A model generated the notes under the pieces. The model was not told where the DNA came from. It was given only the letters and a program-made list of their open reading frames with translations, and searched no databases. 64,000 nucleotides of DNA from Octopus bimaculoides (taxonomy: Eukaryota), in NCBI RefSeq assembly GCF_001194135.2, contig NC_068982.1, positions 139,794,810 through 139,858,809 on the forward strand. Direction: 5' to 3'. Positions 25,770 through 40,559 of this stretch are shown here, piece by piece. The stretch's first letter is position 1. Each line of letters begins with the position of its first letter. Both the position numbers and the translations under genes were made by a program.

Positions 25770-26000
25770 CTTATTTTATTTCTTTATTGCCTACAAGGGG
25801 TTGGGGACAAACAAGGACAGACAAAAGGATTCAGTCGATGTAATCGACATCAGTGCGAAACTGGTACTTAATGTATCGACCCCGAAAGGATGAAAGGCAA
25901 AGTCGACCTCGGCGAAATTTGAACTCAGAACGTAACGGCAGATGAAATACCGCTAAGCATTTCGCCCGGCGTGCTAACGATTCTGCCAGCTCGCCACCTT
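25770..26000 (-). mobile_element. SINE family C, well preserved
   Basis: Near-exact reverse complement of the plus-strand copy at 56966-57200. Confidence 0.9.
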
Positions 26001-26886
26001 ATACACAACTTANNNNNNNNNNNNNNNNNNNNNNNNNNNNNNNNNNNNNNNNNNNNNNNNNNNNNNNNNNNNNNNNNNNNNNNNNNNNNNNNNNNNNNNN
26101 NNNNNNNNNNNNNNNNNNNNNNNNNNNNNNNNNNNNNNNNNNNNNNNNNNNNNNNNNNNNNNNNNNNNNNNNNNNNGTCTACTATTGAATGTAAATACTT
26201 CAATGAGAACTCTAAACTCTTATATTCTTCACCAAATCGGTATTTCTGACTATGAATGGTTCTAAATTTACGGTTTCATTATGTGGTATAACTGGCTGAT
26301 GTACAACTATTTACAAAGAGCACTGTTCCAAAGTAGGAGCCACTAAACAAAGTTCATGAATTCTGTTGTGAAATTCAAGTGAGTATGAGACAAGACTAAT
26401 ATGTCAAATATACTCCAATAAGAGGTAGACTAATGGAAATTGACAATATTAAATTATATTCATAAACTGAAATCGAATAATTAAATAGGAACCAGCCATA
26501 CGCAAATATTTGAGATGTTGCAACGGATCTGACTCGACAGATATATCGAAAAGGGAAAATAAGAAACAGACCATAGTTGATTTTGATTAATTTTGAACGC
26601 AGAAATTACTGCTATGAATATTATAAGAGTTTAGCAATCCCAGTAATAAAATATAGTTTTAATATAATAAATGGGATGTTTAAGAGCTTAGACTAGATAA
26701 TCATAAATACAAATCTAGCAATGAAATATGAAACCAGCATGCAAACATACATACGCATACATACATATTTCGGCAAGAAATCTTGAAACAGAACTGAATA
26801 ATGACGCACACGTGACTCCCACCACTCGGCAGCATCCAATCTAAGGAGACATTTCATAAAATAGAAATAAATATTACGTATAATTA

Positions 26887-27180
26887 TTGGGTTGTCCGGA
26901 AAGTTCGTGCCGATTTTTACCCAAGCTTTACCAAGTGCTCATGAACGAAGAATTTTGATAGGTTGAGGCTTTCTGCCAATTCTCGGGTTGCGCAATGTGG
27001 GTTATTCTCAATTAATGACTTGATTTGGTCATCATCTGTAGTGGATGGTCTGCCTGATCGCTCTTTATCAATAAGGCTACAATCTCCAGCTCGGAACCTT
27101 GCGAACCNNNNNNNNNNTTCTTTCGGATAAAGAAACATCACCGTAAACTGTGCATATTTCTTTGGTTGTTTGTTAGGCAT
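26887..27180 (-). mobile_element. Mariner transposase N-terminal (HTH) relic with one TIR
   Basis: FARFRAGDCSLIDKERSGRPSTTDDDQIKSLIENNPHCATRELAESLNLSKFFVHEHLVKLG is the mariner paired/HTH region. A TA-flanked ttgggttgtccggaaagttcgtgccgattt lies at 26887. Confidence 0.9.
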
Positions 27181-27747
27181 TTTTCCCTTTAGAGAGAAAG
27201 AAAAGCATCAAGTACCGAAAATAAAGTTTCTTATCTTCCATTTTAAAGGGTTACAGGATTAACACAGGTTATAGGAACATAAACCTTCTTCCAAGAAAAA
27301 ATAGCTTAAGCTGTGCTCTAAATGGAGGTGTAGTCAAATCCTATTTTATGGACTCAACCATGTTCTAAAATAAGTCGAAAGATAAGCTACTATAAATCGG
27401 CACGAACATTCTGGACAACCCACTACATTTCTTTAGGTCTAATGCTTAGAAAGTAAAAAGTACGAGAGGTTATACTTAAATGGGAACAATAATAATTTAA
27501 TGTAGGGAGACAAGCAAGATCATTGTCAATGAAGATACCTTGCTCACGCAATAAAAAGATTTGTTAGTGTTAACGATGTCATGGCAAATTCATCAGATAT
27601 TTGAAAGGAAATTCAAATTGATTGAAATGTTATAAGGAGTTGGCGATGTGAAAGGAAAGGAACTTTGGAATGTATTTTGACAATGTGGTTGTCATAATAC
27701 ATCAATAATGCGTATAAATATATGAAAATAAAGAATTATATGACAAA

Positions 27748-27925
27748 CTGGCGCTCCGTCTGTTACGACGATGAGTTTCAATTGATCCGATCAACGAAAA
27801 TCTTGCTCATGAAATTAACATCTGTGTGGCTAAGCATTATACAGACACGAATAACTTTCAAGTAGTTCTCAAGGAGATTTAGCATGATGCACAATGTGAT
27901 GGGGGAGGGGGTTCTTTGAATTATA
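27748..27925 (-). mobile_element. SINE body fragment (shared central domain)
   Basis: ttgatccgatcaacg...gctcatgaaattaac...gtagttctc is shared with 46185-46330 and 58860-59040. Confidence 0.75.
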
Positions 27926-27950
27926 TATACCACTCATTTTCCCCAATATA

Positions 27951-28360
27951 GGCGCAGGAGTGGCTCTGTGGTAAGTAGCTTGCTTAGTAACCACATGGTT
28001 CCGGGTTCATTCGCACTGTGTGGCACCTTAGGCAAGTGTCTTCTACTATAACCTTGGGCCGACTAAAGCCTTGTGAGTGGATTTGGTAGACGGAAACTGA
28101 AAGAAGCCCGTCATATATATGTATATATATATGTGCATGTGTGTGTATATGTTAGTGTGTCTGTGTCTGTCTCCCAGGCGTCGCTTGACAACCGATGGTG
28201 GTGTGGTTGCGTCCCCGTAATTTAGCGGTTCGGCAAAATAGACTGGTAGAATAAGTAATAGGCTTACAAAGAATAAGTGCTGTGGTCGATTTGCTCGACT
28301 AAAAGACGGTGCTCCAGCATGGCTGCAGTCAAATGACTGAAACAACTAAAAGACTAAAAG
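27951..28360 (+). mobile_element. SINE family B, full length
   Basis: Head ggcgcaggagtggctctgtggtaag...ccgggttcattcgc, then ttaggcaagtgtcttctactata, an internal (TA/TG) tract, and the tail cagtcaaatgactgaaac. Confidence 0.9.
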
Positions 28361-28614
28361 AGAGAGTAAAGAGACTTCTGTGGATTGAACAGCGCGAAAT
28401 AAAGTTTGTTGCTGAAGGACGAAACGCACCCACTGTGAATCGAACGCACAAGAATACGATCGTTAGCTCAATATTCTAACTGAGCCTTTTCATGAATTAT
28501 AAGATAGGTTTACGAAGAAAAAAGAGTATTTAACTAAGGCTCAAAACTTAAGAAAATGAATAACAAAAGGAAAACATGAAAAAAGATACAATGAAAATGT
28601 AACTAGACTATATT

Positions 28615-29640
28615 CTTTTCTACTCTAGGCACAAGGCCCGAAATTTTGGGGGAGAGGGCCAGTCGATTAAATCGACCCCAGTACGCAACTGGTACTTAAT
28701 TTATCGACTCCGAAAAGATGACAGGAAAAGTTGACCTCGGTGGAATTTGAACCCAGAACGTGCTAAAGTTTCTACCAGGTCACCGCCTTGTAAGTAGACT
28801 ATATTTATTTCTTTATTACCCACAAGAGGCTAAACATAGAGGGGACAAACAAAGACAAACACAGGGATTAAGTCGATTAGGTCCACCTGACTCCAGTACG
28901 CATCTGGTACTTAATTTATCGACCCCGAAAGGATGAAAGGCGAAGTTGACCTCGGGAGAATTTGAACTCAGATCGTCAAGACAGACGAAATATCGCTAAG
29001 CATTTCGCCCGGCGCGCCAACGTTCCTGCCAGTTCGCCGTCTTCTAACTAAACTATATTAAATAAAATCAGATGGCGTGTTAGTAACGAGGATTACATTA
29101 CTACATTTAATGGTTGAAAAATACACCATCAAAGTGCATAAACACAAATGCGTGATTTTAGCTGCAGAAAACAAATATATTGCCAAAAATTGTGGAGTTG
29201 GTTGCACGCAACAGCCACAAAAGAACTAAAATAATGAAAAAAAAAGGAAAATACTAATGGGGATTTCTAATATAAATTTCAAATTTTGATACAAGGCCAT
29301 CAGTTTCGGAGAAGAAGTTAAGTCGATTACATGGACGCCAGCGCAATGCTGGTACTCATCAAATCAACCACGAATGACAAAAGACAAAGTCGTCCCTGAC
29401 GGCATTTGAACACAAAACATAAAGACGGACGAAATGCTGCTAAGCAATTATCCCGGCGCACAACGGTTTTGCCAGATCGCCACCTTTCATCGGATTTCTA
29501 ATATTGGTTTCAAACTTTGGCACAATGGGCCGCAGGTTTAAGGGAGGGCAAAGACAGTTCCGTCGACCCCAGTGTTCAGATGGCACTTAGTTAATCGACT
29601 CTAAAAAGCAGATTTCTAATATCGACAAAGGGCACCCATT
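28615..29640 (-). mobile_element. Head-to-tail cluster of 4-5 family C SINE copies
   Basis: Copies at about 28620-28790, 28800-29045, 29285-29487 and 29505-29605, plus a stub at about 29610, all in the same orientation. Confidence 0.85.
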
Positions 29641-30679
29641 TCGTGAGATTCACAGTCGAAACACCGCAGAAAAAAATTGTTAACTACAAATTGCAACCAA
29701 TCAAAAGATGTAGTCTTTACTAAAGCACACATGCCATTTTATCCACTGCTCTATAATTCTTGCTACCCAATTGGTGTTTGTATTATATCGATTTTTATGT
29801 TGATAATGTATTCTATACAGGCAAATCTGCAATCATTTATGATAGCTCAGTGTTTGAAAGTACATAATTTTTCTATATACATGATAGGGAGCGCAGTTAT
29901 GCATATTGGGAAATACATCGATACGCCGACAGGAAAAATGAGTATTATTCTTATAGGTATATACGTATGTATATAAAAGTATGTGTCTGTGGGTGTATGA
30001 ACATGCACTGAACCCAATATATTTGAATATGTTTTCCACAGCAAAGTAGAATAAGCCTTAGAATTACAGAAAGATCAAAACGAACTATTCATGTAACATA
30101 ATTTAATACAATAAACAGATTTCGTGTAATTTGATAGACGTCTTCTCTTCTGGCGAAAATTTATGCAAAATATTGTCGAATATTTTTCTGAAAGTACGGA
30201 TGAGGATCATCGAAATCAAATAAGCAATATATGCCTTGTTTTAATATAAAATCAATAATAATTATACTATGTGCAATATATAACAACAAAATCAGCAACT
30301 TAAAAAATGCATGGTGGAGTTATTATTATATACACGATCGCGAAATATATTCATGATAAGAAAAGACGAAGTTATAAGCAATGCAGTTTTAATACAATAA
30401 GAGAATTCTCAATTCTCTGAAAACACTTTCCGCGCAAATCACAAAACACGTGATTTACACAATCAGTAAGTAGTACTCAAATAGAAAGGTCAATGAAGAT
30501 ATCCTGCAAACACATCGCTGAATAATCTAAGGCAATTCATGTTCAGATATAAATGGAAAATAATGGTTCTCCATTGGCGGCGAGGATCAAAAATAAGTTT
30601 CTCTATGAACTGAATTAGTTGATCGTTGAAGTGGTGTGTAAGCGGTTGAAGATATCACCTGCAAGTTAATCCTTCGATA

Positions 30680-31085
30680 TATATACATACATGCATGTAT
30701 ATATAAATGCATGCATACATGAATACACACACTTATACCTGCAGACATACATACATTACATAATGCATAGTACATGCACAAATACATACATACATTACAT
30801 AATACATAGCACATACATAAATACATGCACACGAACATACGTGCATACATTACACACATACATTACATATATATACGAACATGCGTACATACAAAGATGC
30901 ATAGATACATACATCAATACGTACAATACATGCATACATAAATATATACAAACATACATACATTACATACATGCAGGCATACATACTTACATTACATACA
31001 ATCATAAGTACATAAATACATTACATACATAGGTACATACATATATTACATACAAATATAGATACATTACATACATACATACACA
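30680..31085. repeat. Degenerate (TACA)n satellite-like tract
   Basis: Direct reading; explains ORFs 30587-30859 and 30691-31032. Confidence 0.9.
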
Positions 31086-33828
31086 CATGCTTGCATATAG
31101 TTCCGAGTTCGGTCCTACTACAAGCGTCATCTACTACAGCGTCAGCCGGACCAAAGCCTGTAGGCGAAACTATATACCATAAATTTATCACTATGACCGT
31201 ACTGGATATTTCTACTATGGCAAAATTAAGTTTTTAAGAATAATCATTATTTCAAAAGCAAATAGACGTGATCTAGTTCGCACCCCAGCTATATGATCGA
31301 CAAAGACGTATGAGCCTTTGGCACAGTTGCTTTTTCAGAGTCTTCATTTCACTTTCAATCACTGTACTATTGTAGGGTCTAAACGACACGTCTGACAAAG
31401 AATTTGTCAATCACTGTCTTATAGTTTCAACACTGATCCTTCCATTGTTTTACAATTCTGTCACTATGATTAATGTTATTTCATAGATTGTTTGTGTTTA
31501 TAGATAACGTATCTAGATACATAGGACCCACATATTGAGATTTTCTATTATCAAGTAGATTGAAAAAGTATAACCTAATGTCATGATACAGTATGGCATT
31601 TCCGTCAGAATAACAGACACTACTAGAATCAGATTTAAAATTTCTATGAATTTTCCCAATAATGTGTTTCATAAGCTTAACAAACACGTTTAAAATACCG
31701 TACCTTGCTTCAATTAAAATGTTCAGCAACATACTAACCTCCTTTGACGTGCACAGAATCCGCTGAAGGTCGCAGAATGATATTAGATGAATGTTAGTGA
31801 TTAGGTACAGAAGCGTATGGCTACATACCATACATACGGGACACATCAAACATATCAAATATCGCCGTAAAACACGAAGCGTAACACAAATGAATGAAAA
31901 TTACCTTCTTACCTTGAGGTTATATAGCATACGCCAAGCTTTAGTCGAAATTAATCATAAAATTCGAATGGCTTACAACGGAAGCAACATTAAATTTTTA
32001 AGGGGCGGATGTTCGAGAATACACTATTTCTTCATATTGAATTACTTGTGACATTTCAGTATCTGTATATCTATTATGTCTATGAGACCTGCTATCTTCT
32101 CTTTCCCTCTCACACACATACTCTCTCTCTCACTCTCCCCCCTCTCTCTCTCTCTCTCTCTGTTGGTCTATCTTATCCATGGATGCATCCATCTCTCTAC
32201 CTCTCACTCTTTCTCCCTGTTTGCCTCTCTGTCTCTGTCAAAATAGATGTGTTTGTGTGTGTGTGTGTGTGTATGTATATATATGGGATTGCACGTATGG
32301 ATATTTTTGTGTGAGTATGTGCATTTGTATGGATATTTTAATATTTCCTGTATGGGTGTGAATGCGTGTTTTAACGCACACCTTCAAGTCAAGAGATGAT
32401 TGACAAAATCAGAGCAGAGGAACTATTAGAATGTGACGAATATTGAAAAGAGAAGATAAGAACAGGTAAAAATAAATATATAATAAAATGATGCTCAATG
32501 ATTGGATTTTTCTCGCTGCAAAGGAAAATAAAATCTGAAATGACAATGACATATGAAATATAACTGAAAGAAAGGCTATGCAGGGGCCGTAGAGCTGAGG
32601 CGATAACGACGCGCGTTCGGCAAAATGAAAAGAATCATAGTTGTACAATGAATAAAGGATGCCAGTTGAGGCAACGTGTGTAATAGAAGAAATAAATATG
32701 AAAAGAAGTGAAATGATAATGCTGAAAGCAATAATAATACTTGACTGAATGACAGAGAACAAGAGAGAATTGGACAGCGAAAAAGAAATGAAACATCTTT
32801 TCTTGTCAATGCAGGAGGGAAAATCCCAAAGAAATTCAGATAGAAAGAAGTGCACAGAATGAAATATATGAAAGCCGATCGACAGGATGACGGAAAGGAA
32901 TTACAATGAGGGAAAGAATATCACCGTGAAGTTTATATTTTGGAAGAACAAAAATCTAAATCGATAATTTCAATTATTTGTTTTCTAATGGAATGTGAAG
33001 TAAAGAAAAAAACAAGCTGCTCATTTGATTGATCGCTTTGGACACAGACATCTCATTGGTCATTCTCACTTAGCAAATGTTGGGGTGAAATACAGAGAAA
33101 AAAAAAAGAACTTTCAAAATTACATGATAACAACGGAAATGTCTTAAGGGAAATCATAAGATTTTATGAGAAGCTGTCTCCATCTACATATATGCGATAC
33201 ATATACACACATACATTTAGTTACACAGTAATATCTATAGATATATAAGAAAATATACATAGAAAATAATAATTCTCTCAGAGAACAGCGAAGAAAGATA
33301 AATCTTTGGTGTTATTACAATCTTTTAGGAAATCTACAGATAGATACAATTTTTTATGAATATCTTCACGATATCTTCATTGTGTAATGAACTATTCACT
33401 GGCACATGTAGATTTGTATTTATATTCGAGAATATGCATGCTGTTATATAGGAATACGGGGGTAATTCTGTATACCAAAGTACTGGAAGGTGTTATACAT
33501 GCATACATATATATATGTATATGTATATATATATATATTTAGGCATTGCATCTTCATGCCTATATATTCATTTGTAGGTACTTGAAAATAAATACATGTT
33601 TACATACATACNNNNNNNNNNNNNNNNNNNNNNNNNNNNNNNNNNNNNNNNNNNNNNNNNNNNNNNNNNNNNNNNNNNNNNNNNNNNNNNNNNNNNNNNN
33701 NNNNNNNNNNNNNNNNNNNNNNNNNNNNNNNNNNNNNNNNNNNNNNNNNNNNNNNNNTATATATATATATATGTATGTATATGTATATGTATGTATGTAT
33801 ATGTATAGATATGTATATGTATAAATAG

Positions 33829-33879
<51 letters not shown>

Positions 33880-34078
33880 TTAGGCATTGCATCTTCATGC
33901 CTATATATTCATTTGTAGGTACTTGAAAATAAATACATGTTTACATACATACATACATGCATACATATACATACACATACCTATTTATACACAAACACAT
34001 GTATATCAATGTATCTATCTATCTATCCATCTATGTGCATATATATAAATAAATGTACGTGTCCATGTCTCTTTCCCT

Positions 34079-34126
<48 letters not shown>

Positions 34127-35958
34127 TATATATATGCATACAGAAGGACACACATTATAGATGGAAATCCTTTCGTAATTCAATGCACGTGATAACTGAA
34201 TTCTGACTGGTATTTATTTGCGTTCCAAAGCAACACATAAAAATAGAATAGTTGACCTCTTTGCATCACGCGCATTTATCTCATAATACATACACACATA
34301 AGCATATATTTGTCTATGTGTGCATGTTTGTGTAAATATATATCTATATATGAAGAGTATAGGGAAAAATGAAAATGTACAGGGGTAAACATTAAACTAT
34401 TGATGTGTTTTTATTTCCTTCATTAATACGTGCGCTCTGATTTTATCTCGTTACATTTGAGCAGTGCATATGTATATATAGACATACGTATATATATATA
34501 TAATCAAATGAATATATAATCATTTGATTATAACAGTCCAAAAGCATTTGCAGCTTGTTGTCACCAGCAAGGTACCATTCAAAGTATCGCACGACTTGGA
34601 CAAGCCCTTACGCACTAAATAGTAACAGGGTTGGTTTTCTCTGTATACACAACCGGAATATCCTATTTGATACTTACCAACCATAGGCCAAAACTACAAG
34701 TATATCCATGGCTACCTTGTGCATGTATTTTCAAGTGCCTGATTCAATCTGAATCCTTATTTTACTGTATATATATACAAAAGTCAGATATAAGAAACAG
34801 GTGACACCAACAAAGCTCAATTGGAGGTACACAGTGAATATATTAATGAGAATGCTGAGTGAAAATTTTGGATGCAAAAATTAGGAGTTGAAATGACGTT
34901 TCGAGTTTGGATCTTCGTCGGGCGGAGGAAAATGTCCAGTGACAAGGAAGGAAAGAGCAGATAGTCCGGAGAACTATATATGTATCTACAGGATTGTAAA
35001 AACGGTGCCGTATTAAAAAAAACAATTCGCAGCGAAGGCGCATATANNNNNNNNNNNNNNNNNNNNNNNNNNNNNNNNNNNNNNNNNNNNNNNNNNNNNN
35101 NNNNNNNNNNNNNNNNNNNNNNNNNNNNNNNNNNNNNNNNNNNNNNNNNNNNNATATATATATATACACTTAGATAAACTTACATATGTTTCGACCAAAG
35201 ATTGGTCCAGGTCATGTCAAACTGAATAGCACGACATGATCGGATTATCTAAATCCCTTTTAAGTCAAGTTTTGTGTATGGCCCATTCAAGTAGTGAGTT
35301 CTTATTGACTTTTTGTCCAGGTATGGGTGGCTTGTCTGGTATTCCTTGAAGAAATCTGTCACATACATATGCATATATACCACTCATATCCTGCTTCCTG
35401 TCCGCGATCCCAAGTCATACGTCATGATGGAATGTCTTTACTCACAGACACTGTTTACTCACTATCGTCGACGCCCACTTCATTATGACCCCTTGAGAGT
35501 TTTATTTTATTTTTAGTGCATAATCTTATGCATCTTATGTGTCTTTCTCCACCGAAACGTGCCCCGTTGAATATAACGAGAAATACGCGGCCTCTACTGC
35601 TACCTATATAATTACCCCTCCTCACTGCCCTTGTGCTTATCTTTCTGAGTTTCTGTCACTCAAGCCTTGACACTATTTCACCTTTAAATTTCCCATCCCT
35701 TCCCAACACCAACTTCCATGTTATCTTACCTTCACGCGCCATTTTAGACATCCACATGCAACGTAGGTACGCACTACATTACCTTCTACCCTACATAAAA
35801 ATTATTTCCGTATTTTCATTCAAACTCTTTCTGTCTCTTCTGTTTCTCTGTGTCATGTTGACATTACTTTTCACTTGCCTTCTATTTTCCACTGACTTAA
35901 CACTGTCTGTAACCCTTACCAAATGCAAACTAACTCTTTCGCTCTTATTTTACGCTTA

Positions 35959-36697
35959 TACTTGTTTCAGTCATTTGACTGCGGTCATGCTGGAGCACCA
36001 CGTTTAATCGAAAAAATTGACCCCAGGACTTATTTTTGTAAACCTGGTGCTTATTTCCTCTCACCCTTTTTGCCGAACCGCTACGTTACGTGGAAGTATT
36101 CGCACCAACATCGGATGTCAAGCGATGGTGGATGACAAACAACAAACACATACATACATACATAAATATATATATATNNNNNNNNNNNNNNNNNNNNNNN
36201 NNNNNNNNNNNNNNNNNNNNNNNNNNNNNNNNNNNNNNNNNNNNNNNNNNNNNNNNNNNNNNNNNNNNNNNNNNNNNNNNNNNNNNNNNNNNNNNNNNNN
36301 NNNNNNNNNNNNNNNNNNNNNNNNNNNNNNNNNNNNNNNNNNNNNNNNNNNNNNNNNNNNNNNNNNNNNNNNNNNNNNNNNNNNNNNNNNNNNNNNNNNN
36401 NNNNNNNNNNNNNNNNNNNNNNNNNNNNNNNNNNNNNNNNNNNNNNNNNNNNNNNNNNNNNNNNNNNNNNNNNNNNNNNNNNNNNNNNNNNNNNNNNNNN
36501 NNNNNNNNNNNNNNNNNNNNTATATATATATACACCACGGGCTTCTTTCAGTATCCGTCTACCAAATCCACTCACAAGGCTTTGGTCGGCCCGAGGCTAT
36601 ACTAGAAGACACTTGCCCAAGATGTCACGCAGTGGGACTGAACCCGGAACCATGTGTTTGCTGAGCAAGCTTCTTACCACACAGCCACTCCTGCACC
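35959..36697 (-). mobile_element. SINE family B spanning an N-gap (36178-36520)
   Basis: Tail cttgtttcagtcatttgactgcgg at 35959; head ...cttaccacacagccactcctgcacc at 36697. Confidence 0.9.
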
Positions 36698-37380
36698 GAT
36701 AACTCCAGTCAGAAATGTCTAGGAACAGAAACGAAACTTCCTAACAATGACGATATGGTATGCGGACTGACAAATCCAGTCACGTGGACTACTTACTCAA
36801 TCCACCCCATTAACATAACTACGTTGTTCCCTCCTTCTTCCATTTCATATCAACCTTTGATAGTAACCGCCCCCTTTGCCCGACCCTCTGTCTTCGCATC
36901 AAATTATCTTTTCTTTGTCAGTAAATATTCTCCTTTCAATCATGTCGTGCTGTACTTACTTTGTATAGTGCTTAAGTCAGTTCTCTCGTTACGCCGATTT
37001 TGCGGCAACCTGTAGATTGCTAGTGACACAAAAAATGCCTTCAATGCCTACTGAAATGTGATTGGTGTAAGAAGGAATCCATCTGTAAAATCAATACGAA
37101 GAGAGACTGGAGACAGACGTGTTCCACCAACGTGGTGCTATTTGTCGAAGTGTCGTAGGCATTCTGATGTGGAAGGTGAACGTCAAATTATAACAAAAAT
37201 GAAGTCTATACATTTAGCTTTTATATAATTCTCTGTATAATATATCCATAAATAAATAGATGAATATTTTCACAACAATTAACTATCCGTTTTCTGTCGG
37301 TCAAACGATAGCAGTGATGATAACGAATGTATGTACAAATATACATATATTTATACGTATATATAGATAGATATCCACAA

Positions 37381-37419
<39 letters not shown>

Positions 37420-37765
37420 TGCGCGCACATGTATGCATGCATAAGTATAGGAATATCATCAGGAGAGACATATGAACGTGACCTGTTCTAATTGCCTGGA
37501 TATGACATACTGAAACAATTGGAGAAAAACAATAATAAATACAAGCAAAATATATAAGATGATTAAAAATTAAACGAACATATTCTGAACTGCAACAATA
37601 GCTCCAGGGAAATTACTAGTTTACGATATTGAAGAAAAATAATATCTGTTTAACTGAACATAAGGAGAAAGTATGTTCAGCCAATGATATCTGGTAAAAT
37701 GACTTCCTCTATTTTTTAATCGTTTCGGTTTTACAATATTTCTTTTATTCAAGCATAACGAGAAT

Positions 37766-37838
37766 CCTATGAGCATTTTACTTTGATATATATATATATA
37801 TGTTGTTGTACTTGGGAATGGTCATATTGCCAGTTTAG

Positions 37839-37913
<75 letters not shown>

Positions 37914-38090
37914 GTGCGCGTATGTATACATATATATACATGTATTCAAATAGACAAACACCCACATATATGTTCATACATACATGCATGCCTGTACGTA
38001 CATATGTATGCGTGTGTGTCTTTGTGTGCGTATGTGTGTGTATGTGTGTTTGTGTGTCTGTGAGTGTGTGTGTGTGTCTGTGTGTAACTG
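37766..38090. repeat. (TA)n/(TG)n microsatellites with an embedded short repeat motif
   Basis: ttgggaatggtcatattgccagtttagccaat (around 37811) recurs as ttgggatggtcatgttgccagtttacccat (around 40578). Confidence 0.8.
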
Positions 38091-40077
38091 CGTTAAATTT
38101 ATTTCTGTCACGAGAATGACAACCTGCTTAGAACTGGAAACTTTATGTATCTAAGGATAATTAAACTACCTCAGGTTCTAAGTATGAGTGTCCGCCTACG
38201 AATGAAATTCACAAAAGTACTTTTAGATACTAGTAAACACGATTATTAATGATATGTGATTTTCTTTAACGTTCATATGTTGAATATGATAAATTATCGA
38301 CTAATACATAAGGGGAAGCCGCCATGAATGTTCATATTGAAGCTTAGAGTTTAAAAAGAAACATAGAGGAAGATATTCACCATTTCGCTGCAAATTTCGC
38401 TGTATTATACTGTTGTGTAACGTAATTCTCGTATTATGAACGAGGTTTTAATGTTGGTGAAATTAAAATAAATTATTTACGATGGTTAAGGTAAATTTTC
38501 TGTAATCGTGTCTCGTACAGCATCAAGCAAAATGCTCTCAAGCGTTCTCAGCTGTATTATGGAAACATTATTTTAATAAATATCTTCCCTGACTAATTTA
38601 CCACTGAGTATAAATCAAGTTGAATGTTGAGGTAATAATTTGACAATATTCACGTATACCTATGCACACACACTCTCAAACACAAATACACGCACCCACG
38701 CACACACACACACACATGTACACATATTTAAAGAAGGAATATGTATGAAGAACAATACAGTCGTGGCAAAAGGGTTTGGAAATTAGAATTTTTATATGAA
38801 ATGCCCACAGCGAGCAATTTAGTCTCGAACTATATTATGGAGTTTTGCCTAATTTACATTCTACATATTGAACCATTGGGTCAGTTATTTGGGAAGCATA
38901 TCTTTACGTTGTATTTATTTGAATCGAATTGTACTTCGGCATATCAATTTTCATTTGAAAAAAAAATGCTTCCGAACTTTTGGCCAAGACTGTAACTAGA
39001 ATTAACACGGAGATTTGAACATCACTATCTTAACCTGAAATAATCGTTCCGAGAGATAATTAGTAAACAAGTGACAGATTTCTAATTACCTAAATAAGTA
39101 TGGAAGACAGCACCGTGTATGGAGCTAACGTCCCTATAGAGAGAACAAGCAAAGTTACGGAAGCATCATTGACAATTCTAACGACTGAGGCTTGCACAAA
39201 GAAGACCTTCCCTCAGGGAGGGAAAATAATAGGCAAAGCAGACAAAAGGAATGCGCCCTTAAAATAGTTGCATGAGGGATGCATAGCTAAGAATGCTGGG
39301 AAAAGACAACCGAAAGTCGAGAACATTGGAAAAATGTCGTCAAAGGTCTATGCAAATGACTTAAGTTAAAGGTATTTTAATATATAACGCTTATCGAAGA
39401 TTCAAGGCAAATCATTACAATGTACAGATGTTCTTATTCATTTGACATGAAATATATTATACAAATGTGTCCTCGCAGTTGAACGCCAAACGAGCTGTGA
39501 AATATTCAGAATTCAAAAGAGTAATTTCGAACTGAGTCGGGCTGTTAGCGACTCTCCCACCCGAATATATCACTTTCGTAATTGAAATTGCTAACATTAA
39601 ACTCGGAACAGCAGTGCTTGTTGCCAAAAGATAACCGTATTTCTCCGTAAGCAATCTAATCAGCTGGAAAATGAGACTTTGGAGAGAGAAAAAGGGTCAT
39701 GTGAAGTGAAACACGACTTGGTAATAGTCAAATTCATTAAAATTTTAATGTTATATGAATACAATTTCCATCTGAATATTTGACCCAAAGTAGTTCTCCA
39801 TTGCATCATATTGGACACGCCTGACGTCTAGTTTTGTAGAAGTAACCATACGATTAAGACTGTGATTTCAAGCGCAATTTACAAAACTTCTTCAAATTTT
39901 TTACTCTGGATGTCAATCTTGACCGTTTGGTGACACACTACAAAATGTTGAACAAAAGAATGGGCATCATGATAGTGTTAAACCAAATAGGATCAACGTG
40001 GAAGCAATTGGAGACGGAATACTTTGGAGACGGAATACGTTGACATATTACATAATATGTGGGACCTGAAATAAAGT

Positions 40078-40290
40078 ATATGTGTGTATGTTTGTGTGTC
40101 TGTATTTCTCCCCACACGATTGCTTGACAAACGATGCTGGTGTGTTTACGTACTCTTAAATTGGCGGTTCGGCAAAAATGACCGATATAATAAGTACTAG
40201 GCTTACAAAGAATAAATCCTGCGGTCGATATGTTCGACTAAAGGCGGTGCTACAGCATGGGCGCAGTCAAATGACTGAAACGAATAAAAA
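40078..40290 (+). mobile_element. SINE family B, 3' half
   Basis: gcttgacaaacgatgctggtgtgtttacg...cagtcaaatgactgaaac. Confidence 0.85.
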
Positions 40291-40559
40291 AATAAAAGAA
40301 TATTTAACAGAACAAAGAGAATATAAATGAAATAGAATTGAGAGGAATAAAATTCAACCTGAGAAGGTAATATAAAAATGTGTAAAAATCTTATCAAACA
40401 TTTGATATAATGCATGGCGAATATATTTTAATATTTGAGCTTTGCAAATGTAATAGCAAATTTCGTTAATTAAAAAATAATGTTAATTTTGGAATAAATA
40501 TTAGATTTTCTATGTTCTTGTAAAAGATTACTTCGAAGCACAGTTTCATTTCTAAAGAT

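Noticed and set aside
28615-29640. Repeat-spacer appearance suggesting a CRISPR array
   Set aside because: Eukaryotic context; units are long, diverged SINE copies with irregular spacing.
32409-32855. 148-aa hydrophobic ORF resembling a membrane protein
   Set aside because: The F/S/L/I richness comes from a T-rich strand; GTG start and no family motif or splice support.
34893-34926. Minus-strand ccgacga a gat ccaaa ctc gaaacgtc
   Set aside because: Core and helix II mismatches and no helix I; at best a decayed relic.
35175-35225. Minus-strand gacc/ggtc hairpin followed by GAAAC-ATAT-GTA (hammerhead-like half)
   Set aside because: The CUGANGA box and helix I are absent.
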